Origin: Mobula hypostoma
Lineage: Eukaryota
Length of the DNA: 64,000 nt
Assembly: GCF_963921235.1 (NCBI RefSeq)
Contig: NC_086097.1
Span: 185,816,001-185,880,000, forward strand
Reading direction: 5' to 3'
The position numbers were made by a program, and so were the translations under genes. The notes beneath the pieces are model-generated. The model did not search any database. It was given only the letters and a program-made list of their open reading frames with translations, and was not told where the DNA came from. Positions 39,201 to 52,809 of the stretch are shown here, piece by piece (position 1 is the first letter of the stretch; the number at the start of each line of letters is the position of its first letter).

Positions 39201-40881
39201 TTCCCAGATGATGTGTTGCCTCCCAGGTGCTAGGGTATGAGTCATTTCGGATCGAGTCCTCAGCATTCTTAAATGGGAGGGTGAGCAGCCAGAGGTCATG
39301 GTCCATATAAGTACCAATAACATAGGTAGGAAGAGGGACAAGGTTCTGCAAAATGAGTTCAGGGAGTTAGGTGCTAGGTTAAAGGACAGGGTTGTGATTT
39401 CAGAATTATTATCCATGCCATGTGCTCATAAGGCCAGAAATAGGAAGATCGGACAATTTAACATGTGACTAAGGAGTTGGTGTAGGAGGGAGGTCTTCAT
39501 ATTTTTGGATTATTGGGCTCTCTTCCAGGAAAGGTGAGACCTGTACAGAAGAGATAGTTTGCACCTAAACTAGAGGGGGACTAATATTCTGTTGGGAAGG
39601 TTTGCTAGTACTACATGGGGTGAGGTTGTGTGGTTAAACTAGCATTGCAGGATGAGGGGAACCACAGTGCCAGAACAGATAGTGGAGTGGTTGTGGTGAC
39701 AGATGTTAAGACCTCAGACAAAAGACTGAGCATGGTGAGACTAATGTTCTGAGTTGCTTATATTTCAATGCAAGAAGTATCGTGGGAAAGGCAGATGAGC
39801 TCAACACATGGGTCAACACGTGGAATTATGATATTGTAGCCATAAGTGAGACTTGGTTGCAGGAGGGGCAGGACTGGCAGCTCAGTATTCCGGGGTTCCA
39901 TTGTTTTATACGTGATAGAGCAGGAGGGATTAAAGGGGGAGTGGTAGTGTTACTAATCAGGGAAAATGTCACAGCAGTGCTCAGTCAGGACAGACTGGAG
40001 AACTCATCCAGTGAGGCTTTATGGGTGGAACAAAGGTATGACAACATTCATGGAGTTATATTGCAGACCACACAAACGTCTGTGGGATTAAGAGGAACAA
40101 ATTTGTAGAGAGATCTCCGACTGTTGCAAGAAACACAAGGTTATGATAGTAGGTAATTTTAATTTTCCACTATTGACTAGGACTCCCATACTGTAATAGG
40201 ACTAGAAGGCATAGAGTTGGCCAAATGTATTCAGGAAAGTTTCCTCAATCAGTGCACAGAAGTCCCAAAAAGAGAATGTGCAACACTTGATCTCCTATTT
40301 GGGAATGAGACAGGGCAGGTGACAGAAGTTCGTGCAGAACACTTTGCATCTAATGATCATAATGCTATTAATTTTAAGCTGATTATGGAAAAGGATAGTT
40401 CTGGTCCTCGAGTTGAGATTCTAAATTGGAGGAAGGCTAGTTCTGATGGTATCAGAAAGGATCTGGCAAGTGTGGACTGGGACAAGCTTCTTTTCTGGCA
40501 AAGTTGTATTTGGTAAGTGGGAAGCCTTCAAAAGTGAAAATTTCAGAAAACTGATCTTGTTTGGGCCTGTCAGAATAAAAGTCAAGGATAACAGACTTAG
40601 GAAAACTTGGTTTTTGAGAATTATTAAGGACCTGATTAAGGGAAAAAAGGAGGTGCATAGCAGGTATGGGCAGGTAGGAACAAATGCGGTACTTGAGGAG
40701 AATAAGAATTGTGAGAGAACACTTAAGAAAGGTATCAGGTGGGCTAAAAGAAAACATACACAGATTACAGAGGAGGAGGAAGATTAGGGTGGACAAATCC
40801 CCAGGGCCTGACAAGACATTCCATCGGACCCTGTGGGAGGCAAGTACAGAAATTGCAGGGGCCCTAGCAGAAATATTTAAA

Positions 40882-41284
40882 CAACACACATCAAAGTTGC
40901 TGGTGAACGCAGCAGGCCAAGCAGCATCTGTAGGAAGAGGTGCAGTCGAAGTTTCAGGCCGAGACCCTTCGTCAGGACTAACTGAAGGAAGAGTGAGTAA
41001 GGGATTTGAAAGTTGGAGGGGGAGGGGGAGATCCAAAATGATAGGAGAAGACAGGAGGGGGAGGGATGGAGCCAAGAGCTGGACAGGTGATAGGCAAAAG
41101 GGGATACGAGAGGATCATGGGACAGGAGGTCCGGGAAGAAAGACAAGGAGTGGGGGGGGGACCCAGAGGATGGGCAAGAGGTATATTCAGAGGGACAGAG
41201 GGAGAAAAAGGAGAGTGAGAGAAAGAATGTGTGTATAAAAATAAGTAACAGATGGGGTACAAGGGGGAGGTGGGGCCTTAGCGG
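40882..41284 (-). mobile_element. Penelope pLTR insertion into the CR1
   Basis: Near-identical to 57307-57705. Flanked by AATATTTAAA direct repeats at 40872-40881 and 41285-41294. Confidence 0.9.
40944..40979 (-). ncRNA. Hammerhead motif copy (core intact, palindrome lost)
   Basis: AGUC-CUGACGA-AGGGUCUCGGCCU-GAAA-CUUC-GACU. Confidence 0.6.
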
Positions 41285-43078
41285 AATATTTAAATCATCC
41301 TTAGCTAAAGGTGAAGGACCAGAGGACTGGAGGATAGCTAATGTTCCGCTATTTAAAGAAGGCTCTAATAATAAACCGGGGAATTATCCACTGGTGAGCC
41401 TGACATCAGTAGTGGGAAAGTTATAGGAAGGTATTCTAAGAAACTGAATATGAGTTTCACAACTGAATATGATGTCATCCACAAATTTGCTGATCCAGTT
41501 AACCACATTGTCATCCAGATCTTTGATATGGATGACAACACAGATTCAGCATTGATCACTGCAATTGAATAGGGATAGTCAGCATGGCTTCATGCATGAT
41601 AGGTCGTTTCTAACCAAACCTAAAGATCTTTTGAGGATGTTACCAGGAAAGTTGATAAAGGCAAGGTAGCATATGTTGTATACATGGACTTCAGCAAAGT
41701 CCCACTTAGGAGTTGGTCAAGAAGGTTGGTTTGCTTGGCATTCAAGATGAGATCGGAAATTGGATTAGACATTGGCTTTGCAGAAGCCAGAGAGTGTTAG
41801 TAGATGGTTGTCTCTCCTATGTAACTAGTGGTGTGTTGCAGTGATCAATGCTGAATCTGTGTTGTCATCCATATCAAAGATCTGGATGACAATGTGGTTA
41901 ACTGGATCAGCAAATTTGTGGATGACACCAAGAGTGGGGGTGTAGTGGAGAACAAGAAAGCCTGTCAGAGTTTGCAACTGGATTGAGACCAGCTGAAAAC
42001 ATGGGCTGAAAAATGACAGGTAGAATTTAATGCAGACAAGTGTGAGGTGTTGCACTTTGGGAGGACTAACCGGGGTAGGTCTTACACACTGATCAGTAGG
42101 GCACCGTGGATTGTGATAGAACAAAGGAATCTCAGAATACAGGTCCATAATTCATTGGAAGTGGTGTCACAGGTAGGTAGGGTCATAAAGAAAGCTTTTG
42201 GCACATTGACCTTCATAGATCGAAGTATTGAGGCAGGAGATGGGACGTTATGTTGAAGTTGTATAAGACATGAATGTGGCCTAATTTGGAGGATTGTGTG
42301 CAGTTTTGGTCACCTACCTACAGAAAAGAAGTAAACAAGGTTGAAAGAGACAAGAGTACCCAGAGTTATAAGTAATGATTGAATAGATATAGAACTTTAT
42401 TTTCTAGAACATGGAAGACTGAGGGGATTAGGGTAAATGCAAGTAGGCTTCTTTTTCCACTGATGTTGGGTGAGACCACAACTAGAGGTCATGGGTTAAG
42501 GGTGAAAGGTGAAATGTTTTTACTGGAACACAAGGGGAAATTTCTTCACTTGGAGGCTGGTGAGTGTGTGGAACGAGCTACCTGGGGAAGTGGTGGATGT
42601 GATTTCAATTTCAACATTTAAGAGAAGTTTGGATAGGTACATGGATGGGAGGGGCATGGAGGGTTATGATCTTGATGGGACTAGGCAGTTTAAATGGTCC
42701 GGCATGGACTAATTGGGCCAAAGGGCCTGTGTCTGTAGTTTTCTATGACTCTATTTGAAAGACATTTAGACAGACACTGTACATGTATTTAAGAGGGATA
42801 TGCACCAACATTGACAAATTGGACCAGGCCAGTTATCTCTTCATTGTACTTACACTTTTCATTGCTGTACTAGCATTCCTTTAGTGACCAGAATTATACA
42901 TAATTAGTTCTCTCGCATGTAATCAATGCACAATTTTTTGATTTATTCCCCTATTATGCTTTGCTCCAGAAGCACATGTACACTAAGGTAATTCAGCAGT
43001 GTTCTGCAAATGTGAGGAAATAATAGAACATAGCTCTTCACACAGTTGTATTAAGTAATGTCACTTTTTGCATCATAC

Positions 43079-43170
43079 CAGGTACAAGCATTGTTGTTAT
43101 TAGCTCCGGAGTGTCCAAGAAATCCACATTACTCCTCTGGAAGGTTTTGCTGTCGTTGGTCTGGATGTGC
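43079..43170 (-). CDS. NECAB1: NECAB1 coding exon (92 bp): (M)HIQTNDSKTFQRSNVDFLDTPELITTMLVP
   Basis: tactttag acceptor, G|gtatga donor, phase 2/1. Close to NECAB1 HLQTNYSKTFQRSNVDFLETPELTSTMLVP. Confidence 0.96.
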
Positions 43171-43719
43171 CTAAAGTAATTGGAATATCATTGAATCATC
43201 TCCACCCACAAAGCGCACATAAATTACACTTTATCAGCTAGGACAGCAAATAATTAGAATATTTTAGAGTATTAGAATGTAGAATAGTTCTTTTTCTGTT
43301 TTATAACAATGTATTGATAAACATTCACTGAAGTAAAAAATCCATATTTTAATCTTCTCAAAAGGATGCACTCTAATATTTCGATAGAACTGAATATATC
43401 CCATCCAATGAAAAATATTTTAATTTCATCCATGCATTAGGACAAGGATGCTGCAACAGCCTAGCCTACAATGAAAATAAATTAAAATGCTGAAATCTCT
43501 CCTGTGATTTCTGATCCCTGTTCATCTCACTATAGCCTTAGAGCTGTTGCTTTCTGGTACTGGCTACCATAAAAGTAACAACATGGCCCCCATCTGTATA
43601 TATCAAGAAATAACACGCTAATTTAGGACCAGTAAAATACTAATACTGGCATTTGAAGGGATTTGAGAGCTTCTGTGCACATTCACAAGTTTATTGTGAA
43701 GATACAGTAAGTACTCAGA

Positions 43720-44290
43720 CAAATGACTTGGTAGCTTTGCTGTAACTGTAAAATTATATGGTGCCATCATACCTAGAGAGCCATATAGTTTTGGTCTCGT
43801 ATTGGAAGTTATACACTTTAGACAGAGTTGATCAAAGATGCATGGTTGTTTTCTAGGATGAGAGGCAATGGGGCAAGATTGATTATTATTCTTTCAAATT
43901 AACTAGAATAATTTGATAATCTTGAACTGAACAAAATGTTTAAAATGTTTGACAGAGTAGATGTTGAGAATCTATCTCTGTTGGTTGGAGAATTTACAAT
44001 AAAGGGTCGCATCCTCAGGATAAGGAGTCACTTATTCAGGAAACAGAATCAGATTATTATCCCTGATATTTGTCATGAAATTTGTTTTGCAATTCCGAAT
44101 TAGGTGAGATGAAATGTGTTCATTCAGAGAATTTGTATCTTTGGAATGCTCTCTCCCAGATGAGTTAAAACACTTATGACTAAATTCAATGGGTTTTTAG
44201 GGCACTCGGATTAATCAAGGGATATGGCAGTGAGGCCGGAAGCTGAAGCTGATGTGGAGATGCAGCCATGGTCTTATTGAAGGCAGAATA
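43720..44290 (+). mobile_element. Highly decayed CR1 3' part
   Basis: Residual similarity to the CR1 ORF2 C-terminus and 3' UTR. Confidence 0.55.
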
Positions 44291-44742
44291 AATGATGGTT
44301 CTTATCGTTTACTAGTGCTTTTAATTATTAAATGCGCGGAAAACAGGAGGTAAACTGAGACAGGTCTAGACTTGAGAGATATAATGATGATAGAATTAGA
44401 TTTTGATGGTGAAGCCTGATTTGTGTCTCATCCAAGAAGAAAGTATAAAATTAATATACTGACAGTTTTATGGGTGCTCGGATAAAGTTTACCAATGTAA
44501 ACAAGAGTTACATGGCAGCTAAATCAAAGTTTTGCTGGCTGTGTGGAAACAATTCCAGGGGAATTCCTGGGAAATACACCTCAGTCATCCCCATGATTAC
44601 CTGTTTAAAAATCCTTTATCTTAACATCCAATGCTGGTCAAAGACATTACAGGAAGACTGTTGGGTCTGCTATTTGTGCACTTTTTGCTATTCCACCCAA
44701 TTTATTATCAATCCAATGCACCTCTGGATTTAAATTACTTAC

Positions 44743-44820
44743 ATTTTCCAGAGACTGGTGTTTTCCCAGAATTCATAAATTATAAAACGGGATTCGTTTG
44801 ATAGTTTCTGCACAGAAATA
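44743..44820 (-). CDS. NECAB1: NECAB1 coding exon (78 bp): (H)ISVQKLSNESRFIIYEFWENTSLWK
   Basis: ttccacag acceptor, AT|gtaagt donor, phase 2/2. Carries the YEFWE motif of the NECAB ABM domain. Confidence 0.96.
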
Positions 44821-45967
44821 CTGTGGAACAATGATAATAAATAAATGTTATATAACAAGAAGAACAATATAAATCTACTATTGATAAAGAATTTTTGGTA
44901 TGGAGCTCAAAATCCAACTTTTGAGATTTTGTGAGTATACACATTATCTGAAGAGGTGTAATATTTGTGTTTATGGGTCTTAGGAATATCATCACAAATA
45001 GCCAATTCTTTGTTTCTGATTATAAGTATGTTGGTTCAAGTTTCAAACCTGAGACTTGAGTACAAATATTTGCTGGTACACCATTCCTATACTGGAGAGT
45101 CTATACTGCTGGAAGTACTGTCTTTTCTGTGAAACTTAAAACCAGACTCCTCACCGCCCACCCCCCCACCAACTCACCACACTTATTTGCTCTCTCATAG
45201 TACAATTTCACAGAAAGATGGGGCTGTTAATCCTGGAGCATATTTCCTACATTGAAATAATGACCACTGTTCAGTTGTACTTACTGTAAGTTTTTACATG
45301 ACACAGAAATATGATGAGACTATGAAAGGCACAAAATGAATGCAGAACTTTTTCAAAAGATAATATCACAATATATAATAAAAGATCACTTTGTCAGACA
45401 GATACCATTTATTTGGAAATTTTAAAAGCCTTTATGATAAAAGAATTTGGTAGTTTTAATAATGGGCATATTGCTGGTGGCAATACAACTGATATAGTTG
45501 CAGCTCATGGTCCATATTTTAAAAATGAAGAAGTCTTATACAAAAAGTTTACACAAGAGTTGTATTGATATACTGCCAGAATATATATTAAACGACTTTC
45601 TTTCAACTCCTTGTTGAAATCTTGATTTAAGTATACGGGTACAACTACAATTTACAAACCTCAAAATTAGAAGAGTATACCTTAAAAAAACATACAGGAA
45701 ATGTATGCAGTATAGTTTCTCATAATTAAACTTACTATTGGTAGGAAGCATCCCTGAAACTAGCTCCAAACAGAACTTCAAGCTAAATGAAGTAAACTTA
45801 TTTAATAAAATGTGTTCTTTATTCTAACCATTGTCGAAAGAAGTGATGACGCTGTAAGGGAGGTACTTTTAAAAAGAGCTAGGTTACAGTTCATCAAGCA
45901 CAATGTTGTGCACTTTAATATTACACAGAACAGGAAAAATGGTTTCCACAAATATCTTCACACTTAC

Positions 45968-46080
45968 TGCAAGCATCCTGTTTGTGTGGTTGCAGACACC
46001 ACATACTGTCTCAAAGCTAAACGGAATTCCTCCAGCTCTTCTTCCAGTATAGACATCTGTCGCTGCACAATAAAAATGTG
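45968..46080 (-). CDS. NECAB1: NECAB1 coding exon (113 bp), start of ABM domain: HIFIVQRQMSILEEELEEFRLALRQYVVSATTQTGCL
   Basis: ctttccatag acceptor, CA|gtaagt donor, phase 0/2. Matches NECAB1 HIMLVQRQMSVIEEDLEEFQLALKHYVESASSQSGCL. Confidence 0.96.
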
Positions 46081-46524
46081 CTATGGAAAGTAAATAATTT
46101 ATACTTCAGTGATTAAATATCATAACAAACCTAAATATTGTTGTCATTTGGAAAGACAATAAATCCTTGCTATTGAAACATTTTTGAATAGCATTCATTA
46201 TAGATTTACAAATTACTGCAGTTTCTTAAGAAACAACAGTTTCATGGCTCATGGCTCATGTTAACACACCATTCTCATCCTGATTTACTTTAGGATTTAA
46301 TATTAAGTCCACATTTGGTTAGATTAGAAATTTTAGTTGTAAGAAACAAGATCTATTATTTTTTGGAGATTAGGCAGTGAAAACCAGTAGCAGGAAATAC
46401 AGATAAGAGGCATACTCTATTCTTCATGGACATTTGTGAAATGTGTTGGGAGGAGGATTGCCTTTTTCACTGGAGTGCCAAAAGGTCTGTCAGAGCAGAA
46501 AAGAAATGGAGTGGCAGGAACTGT

Positions 46525-47020
46525 CTATAAAGATCAGGCAGCAGCTATGAAAAAGAGTAAACAGCCGACATTTCGGGCTGAGATCCTTCATCAGGACTGA
46601 AGAGAAAGTGGAGAAGTCAGAGTAAGAAGGGGGAGGGGAGGATGAAGTACAAGGCGATAGGTGAAAATGGGAGAAGGGGAGGGGTGAAGTAAAGAGCTGG
46701 GAAGTCAACTGGTGAAAGAGATAAAGGACTGGAGAAGGGGGAATCTCATAGGAGAGGACAGAAGACCAAGGAAGAAAGAGAAAGGGGAGGAGCACCAGAG
46801 GGAGGTGATGGGCAGGAAAAGAGATGAGGTGGGAGAGGGAAACAAGAATGGAGAATGGTGAAGGTGGGGAGGGGCGCAATTACTGGAAGTTCGAGAAATC
46901 GATGTTCACGCTCTCTGCCCGCTAGGTCGATTATTTACTCTTTTCAATAGATGCTGCCAGGCCTGCTGAGTTCCTCCAGCAATTTGTATGTGTTGTTTTG
47001 GATTTCCAGCATCTGCCGAT
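46525..47020 (-). mobile_element. Penelope pLTR fragment with a short inverted copy (about 46930-47020)
   Basis: Purine-rich pLTR body with hammerhead motif at 46562-46599, then plus-strand agatgctgcc..gctgagttcctccagc..ccagcatctgc. Confidence 0.82.
46562..46599 (-). ncRNA. Hammerhead motif copy (older subfamily)
   Basis: CAGUC-CUGAUGA-AGGAUCUCAGCCC-GAAA-UGUC-GGCUG. Confidence 0.55.
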
Positions 47021-48872
47021 TTTTTTTCCCCAGTCTATAAAGATAGATGCCTTGCAAAATTTGCACTGACCACACTAAACATAGAAAGATTAGTGTTCTG
47101 GTGCTTCACAGGTGCATGTTGGAAACTGATCATGCTACACTCTTCACATACGCAGGCACTTTGGTATCTATTTCTCCAGCTGCCCTATTAAACAATGCAA
47201 TCTTCTCACAACCAGAACCACTCAAAACACAGCTTGCAAAATAAACTTACATATCATCATATGAATTGGGACCAGAACCCCCTCAAGCCAGTTCTGCCAT
47301 ATGGATGAACTGACTGTACTCTCAGCATTGCATTTCAGAATATCAGGGTAATCATTTGCCACCCTATCTATCAATGTGTACCTTAAAAATATTCAAAGAT
47401 TCTGCATAGTCTCTCAAGTGTTCCAGTGACTCATGATTACATGAGACAATAAGTTTCATCACATTACTGTCATAAGTGGGCAACTGCTTATTTTCTAAAT
47501 TGTGGCTCCTAGTTCTAGCTTCTCCCTTCAAGGGAAATGTCTCTTCAAATTCACTCTGTCAAGACCCCTCAATTTCCTTCTCTGTCTTCTGAACACAGGT
47601 ACAAGGCCAATCTGCCCAACTTCCTTCCTTCCTTCCTAACTTCCTTCCTTTTGCAGTAGTAGTCTGTAATCATCAGGGAATTGCTTCCAGTGCATTAACA
47701 TGTACACTGTACAGTACTTGAAATGTGCTCTCCTTATTTTGTATTCAATTTTCCTAGCAATAAATGATGAATGTCAGTTTTATTTGCGGTATTTGCCTAA
47801 AAGCTTTTTCTGAATCATGTACCAGGAATCATACAATACAGAGCCCTTTCACCTCCGAACTTTGCAATCTTTCCATTTTAGATACAATGTTTCTTTCTTT
47901 ATTTTATCTGTCAATATGAACAATTTCACATTTTTTTGTATTAAACTTCATTTACCAGATATTTGTTCATTCATTTAAGCTAGCTATATATTCTCCTTAT
48001 TTCTTTTTCACAAAGTACAATCTTTGATACCCATCTTTGATTCAGCAAATTTAGCAACTGTGCCTTCAGTCCCTTTCAGTCATTTGTCTATCATGTTAAG
48101 AACATTATTAATTCACAGAACCATTTCAGTTACCCCTTCTGTTCTCTGTCCTTCCTATATGCCACATACCCTTCAGTGTTCAGTCCCCAAGCTAAGCTTT
48201 GTAACGGCTATGTGTTTTCAAATAAAGAATCTTTCTGTCCTTTTATTGTTCTGCCTTTTCTACAGAATTTCTTAGAGTACTATCTTGTACTTTTTTTTCA
48301 ATCTGTTTAACATTTCCAATATTAATACCTTCCTCTCTGGCTTGTTGCTTTCATTTACAAAATCTTTGCAACTGTGGTCCCTTATCTTTACTGCTTAGTT
48401 TAAAATTATGTCTATTTACCTAGTAATGTAGCTTACTAGAACACTGCTCCCAGCACAGTTTAGGTGCAGATTATCCCAATGGTACAGCAGGCATTTACCC
48501 AACAGATTGGATGCAATTCCAAAGGCACAATATGCTGGAGAAGAGGTCACTCAAAGGTTCTGTGGAGGGTGATAAAGAACCTAACTTTCCTGAAGCTGGA
48601 TATATGTATTGCAGGTTTAGATAAAGTTAACTACATGATGTTTAACATACTTCCTTTCATTACAGCAATAAAACTGTGATCACATTTCCTACGAGGATTT
48701 CTAAGTGTGGAACTATTAATTAATCCTGTCTTGTTTCTAGAAATGGCATGCCACCTTATCTGTCAATGTGTACCTTAAGAATATTCAAAGATTCTGCACA
48801 GTCTCTCAAGTGTTCCAGTGACTCATGATTATTTGAGACAATAACGTTCATCACATCACTGTCATAAATGGG

Positions 48873-49520
48873 GCCCGCTCTCAGGGCCTCACGACCGGCC
48901 GCTCTTCGATATGTCAAGGACACGACCTGGAAGGCTAGTGCGCCTTCAGGGTACTGGATTTTCGTGGGTCTGGGGGTGGACAGATTCAAGGTCAGTGCCG
49001 CCGCCTAGTGTGTTGTGGTAGAACACGGAAGATCGAAAGCAGTGAGCTGGCTGCTGGCTGTGTGCCTAGCAACCCGAGATCTCTGAGCATGGAGCTTGGA
49101 AAAAGCAACGCAAAAGACTTTTAACACTGTAAATCGGCGAGTTGTTTTGTTAAGTCTCCCCTCTTGCTGTGAAATGGGGACAGCTCTTTTTTCCCTTATT
49201 AGGGAAAGAGAGAGAGAGCCTGTGGTATGCTGAATACCGGGTAAATGAGTAGTCTTTGGGGTACTGCAAGTCTGTATCTTTATTGGTACTTTGTTGCAGG
49301 CTTGAGTGCTCGGTGAGGAGTTCCAATGCTTTTTTATTGGCGGGGGAGGGATCGTTGCTTTGTTGATGCGTTAGGGGGGGAGCTGGGGGGGCTTTGGGGT
49401 TCTAACATTTAACTGTCATTTGTTCTTTGAGGAACTCCTCTGTTTTTGTGGCTGTTTGCAAAGAAAAAGAATTTCAGGATGTATATTGTATACATTTCTC
49501 TGACATTAAATGTAACAATT
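48873..49520 (+). mobile_element. Unclassified non-autonomous repeat with LINE-like 3' tail
   Basis: Abrupt GC/CpG-rich block ending tatacatttctctgacattaaatg. Confidence 0.5.
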
Positions 49521-49789
49521 GAAACAAAATTTGGAAATGAGCCAGGTTAGAGATAGACAGAATACTCTGGGCAGCTGCCAGCCAAAGATGTTTTTCTTTA
49601 TACATATACTGTATGTTAAATTTCACTATAAAAGTTATAATCATAACACTGATATCTTACTTGAAAGTAAAATCTCAAGAAATTTCTACTTCAGCTAATT
49701 TAAATCATGCTTGCTGAACTATTATGCCCATAGTTATAAATTTTGGTACATTAATGTTGGGTATGCTTAAAGGGCCCGAAGGATCATTG

Positions 49790-50080
49790 GGACCAGGGTC
49801 ACCGCTACCAAAAACTGTTCCAACTGCTACCATCTGGGAAATGGCACCACAGCATTGAAGTCAGGACCAACAGGCTTTGGAACAGCTTCTCCCACCAGGC
49901 CATCAGACTGAAGAATTGATGCTGATATAACTGTATTTTATGCTATATTGACTGTTGTATACTATTTATTAAAAATTACTATTAATTGCACATTGCACAT
50001 TCAGACAGAGATGTTACATAAAGATTTTTACTCCTCATGTATGTGAAGGATATATGAAATAAAGTCAATTAAATTCAACT
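49790..50080 (+). mobile_element. Rex1/Babar-type LINE 3' end
   Basis: LFQLLPSGK..RLWNSFSHQAIRL-like relic followed by an aataaagtcaatt tail. Confidence 0.65.
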
Positions 50081-50327
50081 GCTTCCAGATATTTTCTTAG
50101 CCAGACAACAGCCTTCTCTGGCATCAAACAACGTAAGCAATTGAGCTCTGCTTTGAACAAAATTGCTGCTGACATTTGACATCAAAATTCTATTTTGGCA
50201 AAAGAAGTTCTGGACTGGGAAATTTTTCACAATGTCTTTTTGACCTCCCAAACATGGTCACAATATAGTTTTCATGCTCTCGAGAATGAGAACCATTTTA
50301 GGTCTGACTAATGTAAGACTGACTTAC

Positions 50328-50381
50328 AGATTTGGCATTTCCCTCCAATACTTCCTCCTCCAGTGGTTCGAACTTTAAGTC
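50328..50381 (-). CDS. NECAB1: NECAB1 coding exon (54 bp): DLKFEPLEEEVLEGNAKS
   Basis: tttacag acceptor, TCT|gtaagt donor, phase 0/0. Matches NECAB1 DLKLEPPEEEIIEGNTKS. Confidence 0.95.
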
Positions 50382-50714
50382 CTGTAAATCAACGATACCA
50401 ATACAGACACGTGAACCAACAAGAAAGTGAAATATAAAATCAACATTCTGCGCTTCCATCCACACTAGGAACATTGCGATGAAACAATCTGCAATTCACT
50501 GCTTATTCTACGAATGAACAGGAAATCAAAGATCATAATTCAAATGTCACTAAACGCACTTCCCATGAGTTCTGAAATCTTTGTAATTATTCTGCCTAAT
50601 AGAAGTTTTATCTGAAGTGAGTTTGTTGCTTTGTTGTTAGTCCAAACTCCTGTGACTTGTGCTTTTTCACCCTCCTCTCAAAGAATATTGTTCCTGTCCC
50701 AAATAGGGACAAGT

Positions 50715-51045
50715 TTGGTGACACAGTGGTGTAGCTACGTCAAGCTCCAGCAACTGGGGTTCAATGCTGACAGAGAATGCTATGTGGACTTTGCATCTTC
50801 TCCCTGTGACTATACATTTCTTCCAAGTCCTCTGGTTTCCATGCACATCCCAAAGACACACAAGTGATAGACTAATTAGCCACTGTATATTGTCTTTAAT
50901 ATGTGGATAACTTGAAGAATCCAGAGGAGAAGAGAGCAAGGTTGATGAGAATGTGGAAACAAAAAAACAATATTGGATTAATGTAGAATAAATGCAATTG
51001 GGTCAGCATGAATTCACTGGGCCAAAAGGCCTGCTTTGTGTTATA
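50715..51045 (+). mobile_element. Decayed tRNA-derived V-SINE (HE1-like)
   Basis: A-box-like gtggtgtagc, B-box-like ggttcaatgc, V-core-like tctggtttccatgcacatcccaaagac, and CR1-like 3' end gggccaaaaggcctg. Confidence 0.55.
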
Positions 51046-51069
51046 TGACATGATTAGTGGCTTATATTA

Positions 51070-51612
51070 CACTCAAGGAGGCTTGTATTGTCAACAGTTT
51101 TGGGCCCCACATCTCAGAAAGGATGTGTTGTCATTGGATAGAGTCCAGAGGAGGTTCACGAAAAGTATTCCAGGAATGAACGGGTTAACATATGAGGACC
51201 ATTTGGTAGCTTAGGGCCTGTACCCACTGGAATTTACAAGAATGCAGGGGGATCTCATTGAAACCTACTGATTGTTGAAAGGACTAGATAGGGTGGATGT
51301 GGTATCCAGAACTAAAGAGTACAACCTCAAAATTGAGGGGTGACCCTTTAGAACAGAAGTAAGGATGAATTTTTTTTTAGTTAGGCTATAGTAAATCTGT
51401 GGAATGCTCTGCCACAGACTGTGGTGGAGGCCAAGTCTGTGCATATATTTAAGGTGGAAGTTGATCGTTTCCTGATTGGTCAGGGCATCAAAGGATATGG
51501 CGAGAAGGCAGGTGTATGGGGTTAAGTGAGATCCAGGATCAGCCATGATGGAATGGCGGAATAGACTTGATGGGCTGAATGGCGTAATTCCGCTCCCATG
51601 TCTTATTGTCTT
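51070..51612 (+). mobile_element. CR1 LINE 3' part
   Basis: QFWAPHLRKDVLSLDRVQRRFT and CR1 3' UTR. Confidence 0.88.
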
Positions 51613-52809
51613 ACTTGGAAGACATCCCTCACCCTTCTCCAATCAGATCTTGCATCTAGGCTAATGACTGAATAAATTAGGTGATAGTTGTTGGAATAAC
51701 AGCTTCGGAAATAAATCTGCTTATCATGTGTTTTATTTGAGGAAATTTGATGTAAAGTGTGAAAGAGATTCATTTTAGTGAGGTGCTCTCCAACTTGTGA
51801 TTCAGCTGATATGTCTGAGTAAAAGTAAGACTGAGCCACTGTAAAATCTTTAGACCAAAGAAATACAGATTTATGAATTCTAGCTTTATCACTTTTATCC
51901 CTTCTTATCAACATGCAATATCATAGCATCTTAAGCATAACAAAGTATTCCATGACGTTTCGTTTTCTAACAAAATGTGATACCAAAGTGTGCAAGGAGA
52001 CAGGAGGACAGATAAACTGAGTTTTAACTGTTATGGTACACACAGCTTTCCCTTGTTCACATGCGTAGGTGCGAATTTTTACTGAAAAAAATCACTGTGT
52101 TAGGATAGTTTTGAAGCTTGCTTTGGTGCTGCAGGTATTGAAAAAAAGAATAATCATCAATTGAATAATCATCAGTTGAATAATGACTATTTGCTGCAGC
52201 CCATGAATCCCTGCAGCTTGGGGAATCTTGTCGTTCTCTAACACTGCAATGTTAGGTCATGCTGCTCTTAGACATTTATAAAAGCTAGATGATTTACTCT
52301 ACCAAACCATGCATTTGTCATTTTCTATAAAATGTGTGTATAACTAATTGGCTTACGTTATTTTCAGGGTAGTGGTAGTTTGTAATCGATCTAGATATAA
52401 AACAGTTGTAACTTCAACAGTCATTGGCAATGCTAGAAGTGGTTGTAAGTGAGATTCCAGCAAACAGCATTTTTCATTAAAGCATCCTTTGCAACATATG
52501 GTCTCTTTGGATTAATACATCTTATGTCTATTTCCTGGAATAATTAAAAACGAAAAGCTGCTTTACAGGTTGCATAACTATGCAGAAGGATGAATACCAA
52601 ATGTTTCATTTCTCCGCTTTATCTTCCAAAGAGCAGGATGCAATGTGGGCTTTGTAAAATTAGTTGGTTACACGAAATGTGGAGATTTCATGCAAAGTAT
52701 ATCGGAGTAGAAGAAGACATACATGGTTAAAAAAGACAGGAGTAGTCTGTATCAAACCTAATGACAGGACCTAATTCTTTTCTTTTTTCCTATTCAAACA
52801 GTCAATCAA

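Larger units (their letters stand above)
39205..42750 (+). mobile_element. Long degenerate CR1 LINE: ORF1 esterase (SGNH-like), AP endonuclease, RT, 3' tail
   Basis: CCLPGARV..EQPEVMVHISTNNIG (ORF1), FNARSIVGKADEL..DIVAISETWL and FASNDHN (endonuclease), KSPGPD, RT relics, tail ttttctatgactctat. Confidence 0.88.

Noticed and set aside
40452..41262. Several overlapping 90-200 aa ORFs
   Set aside because: They are artefacts of the low-complexity, purine/pyrimidine-skewed Penelope pLTR joined to CR1 sequence.
45812..46093. 93-aa plus-strand ORF
   Set aside because: It is the antisense shadow of the NECAB1 exon at 45968-46080.
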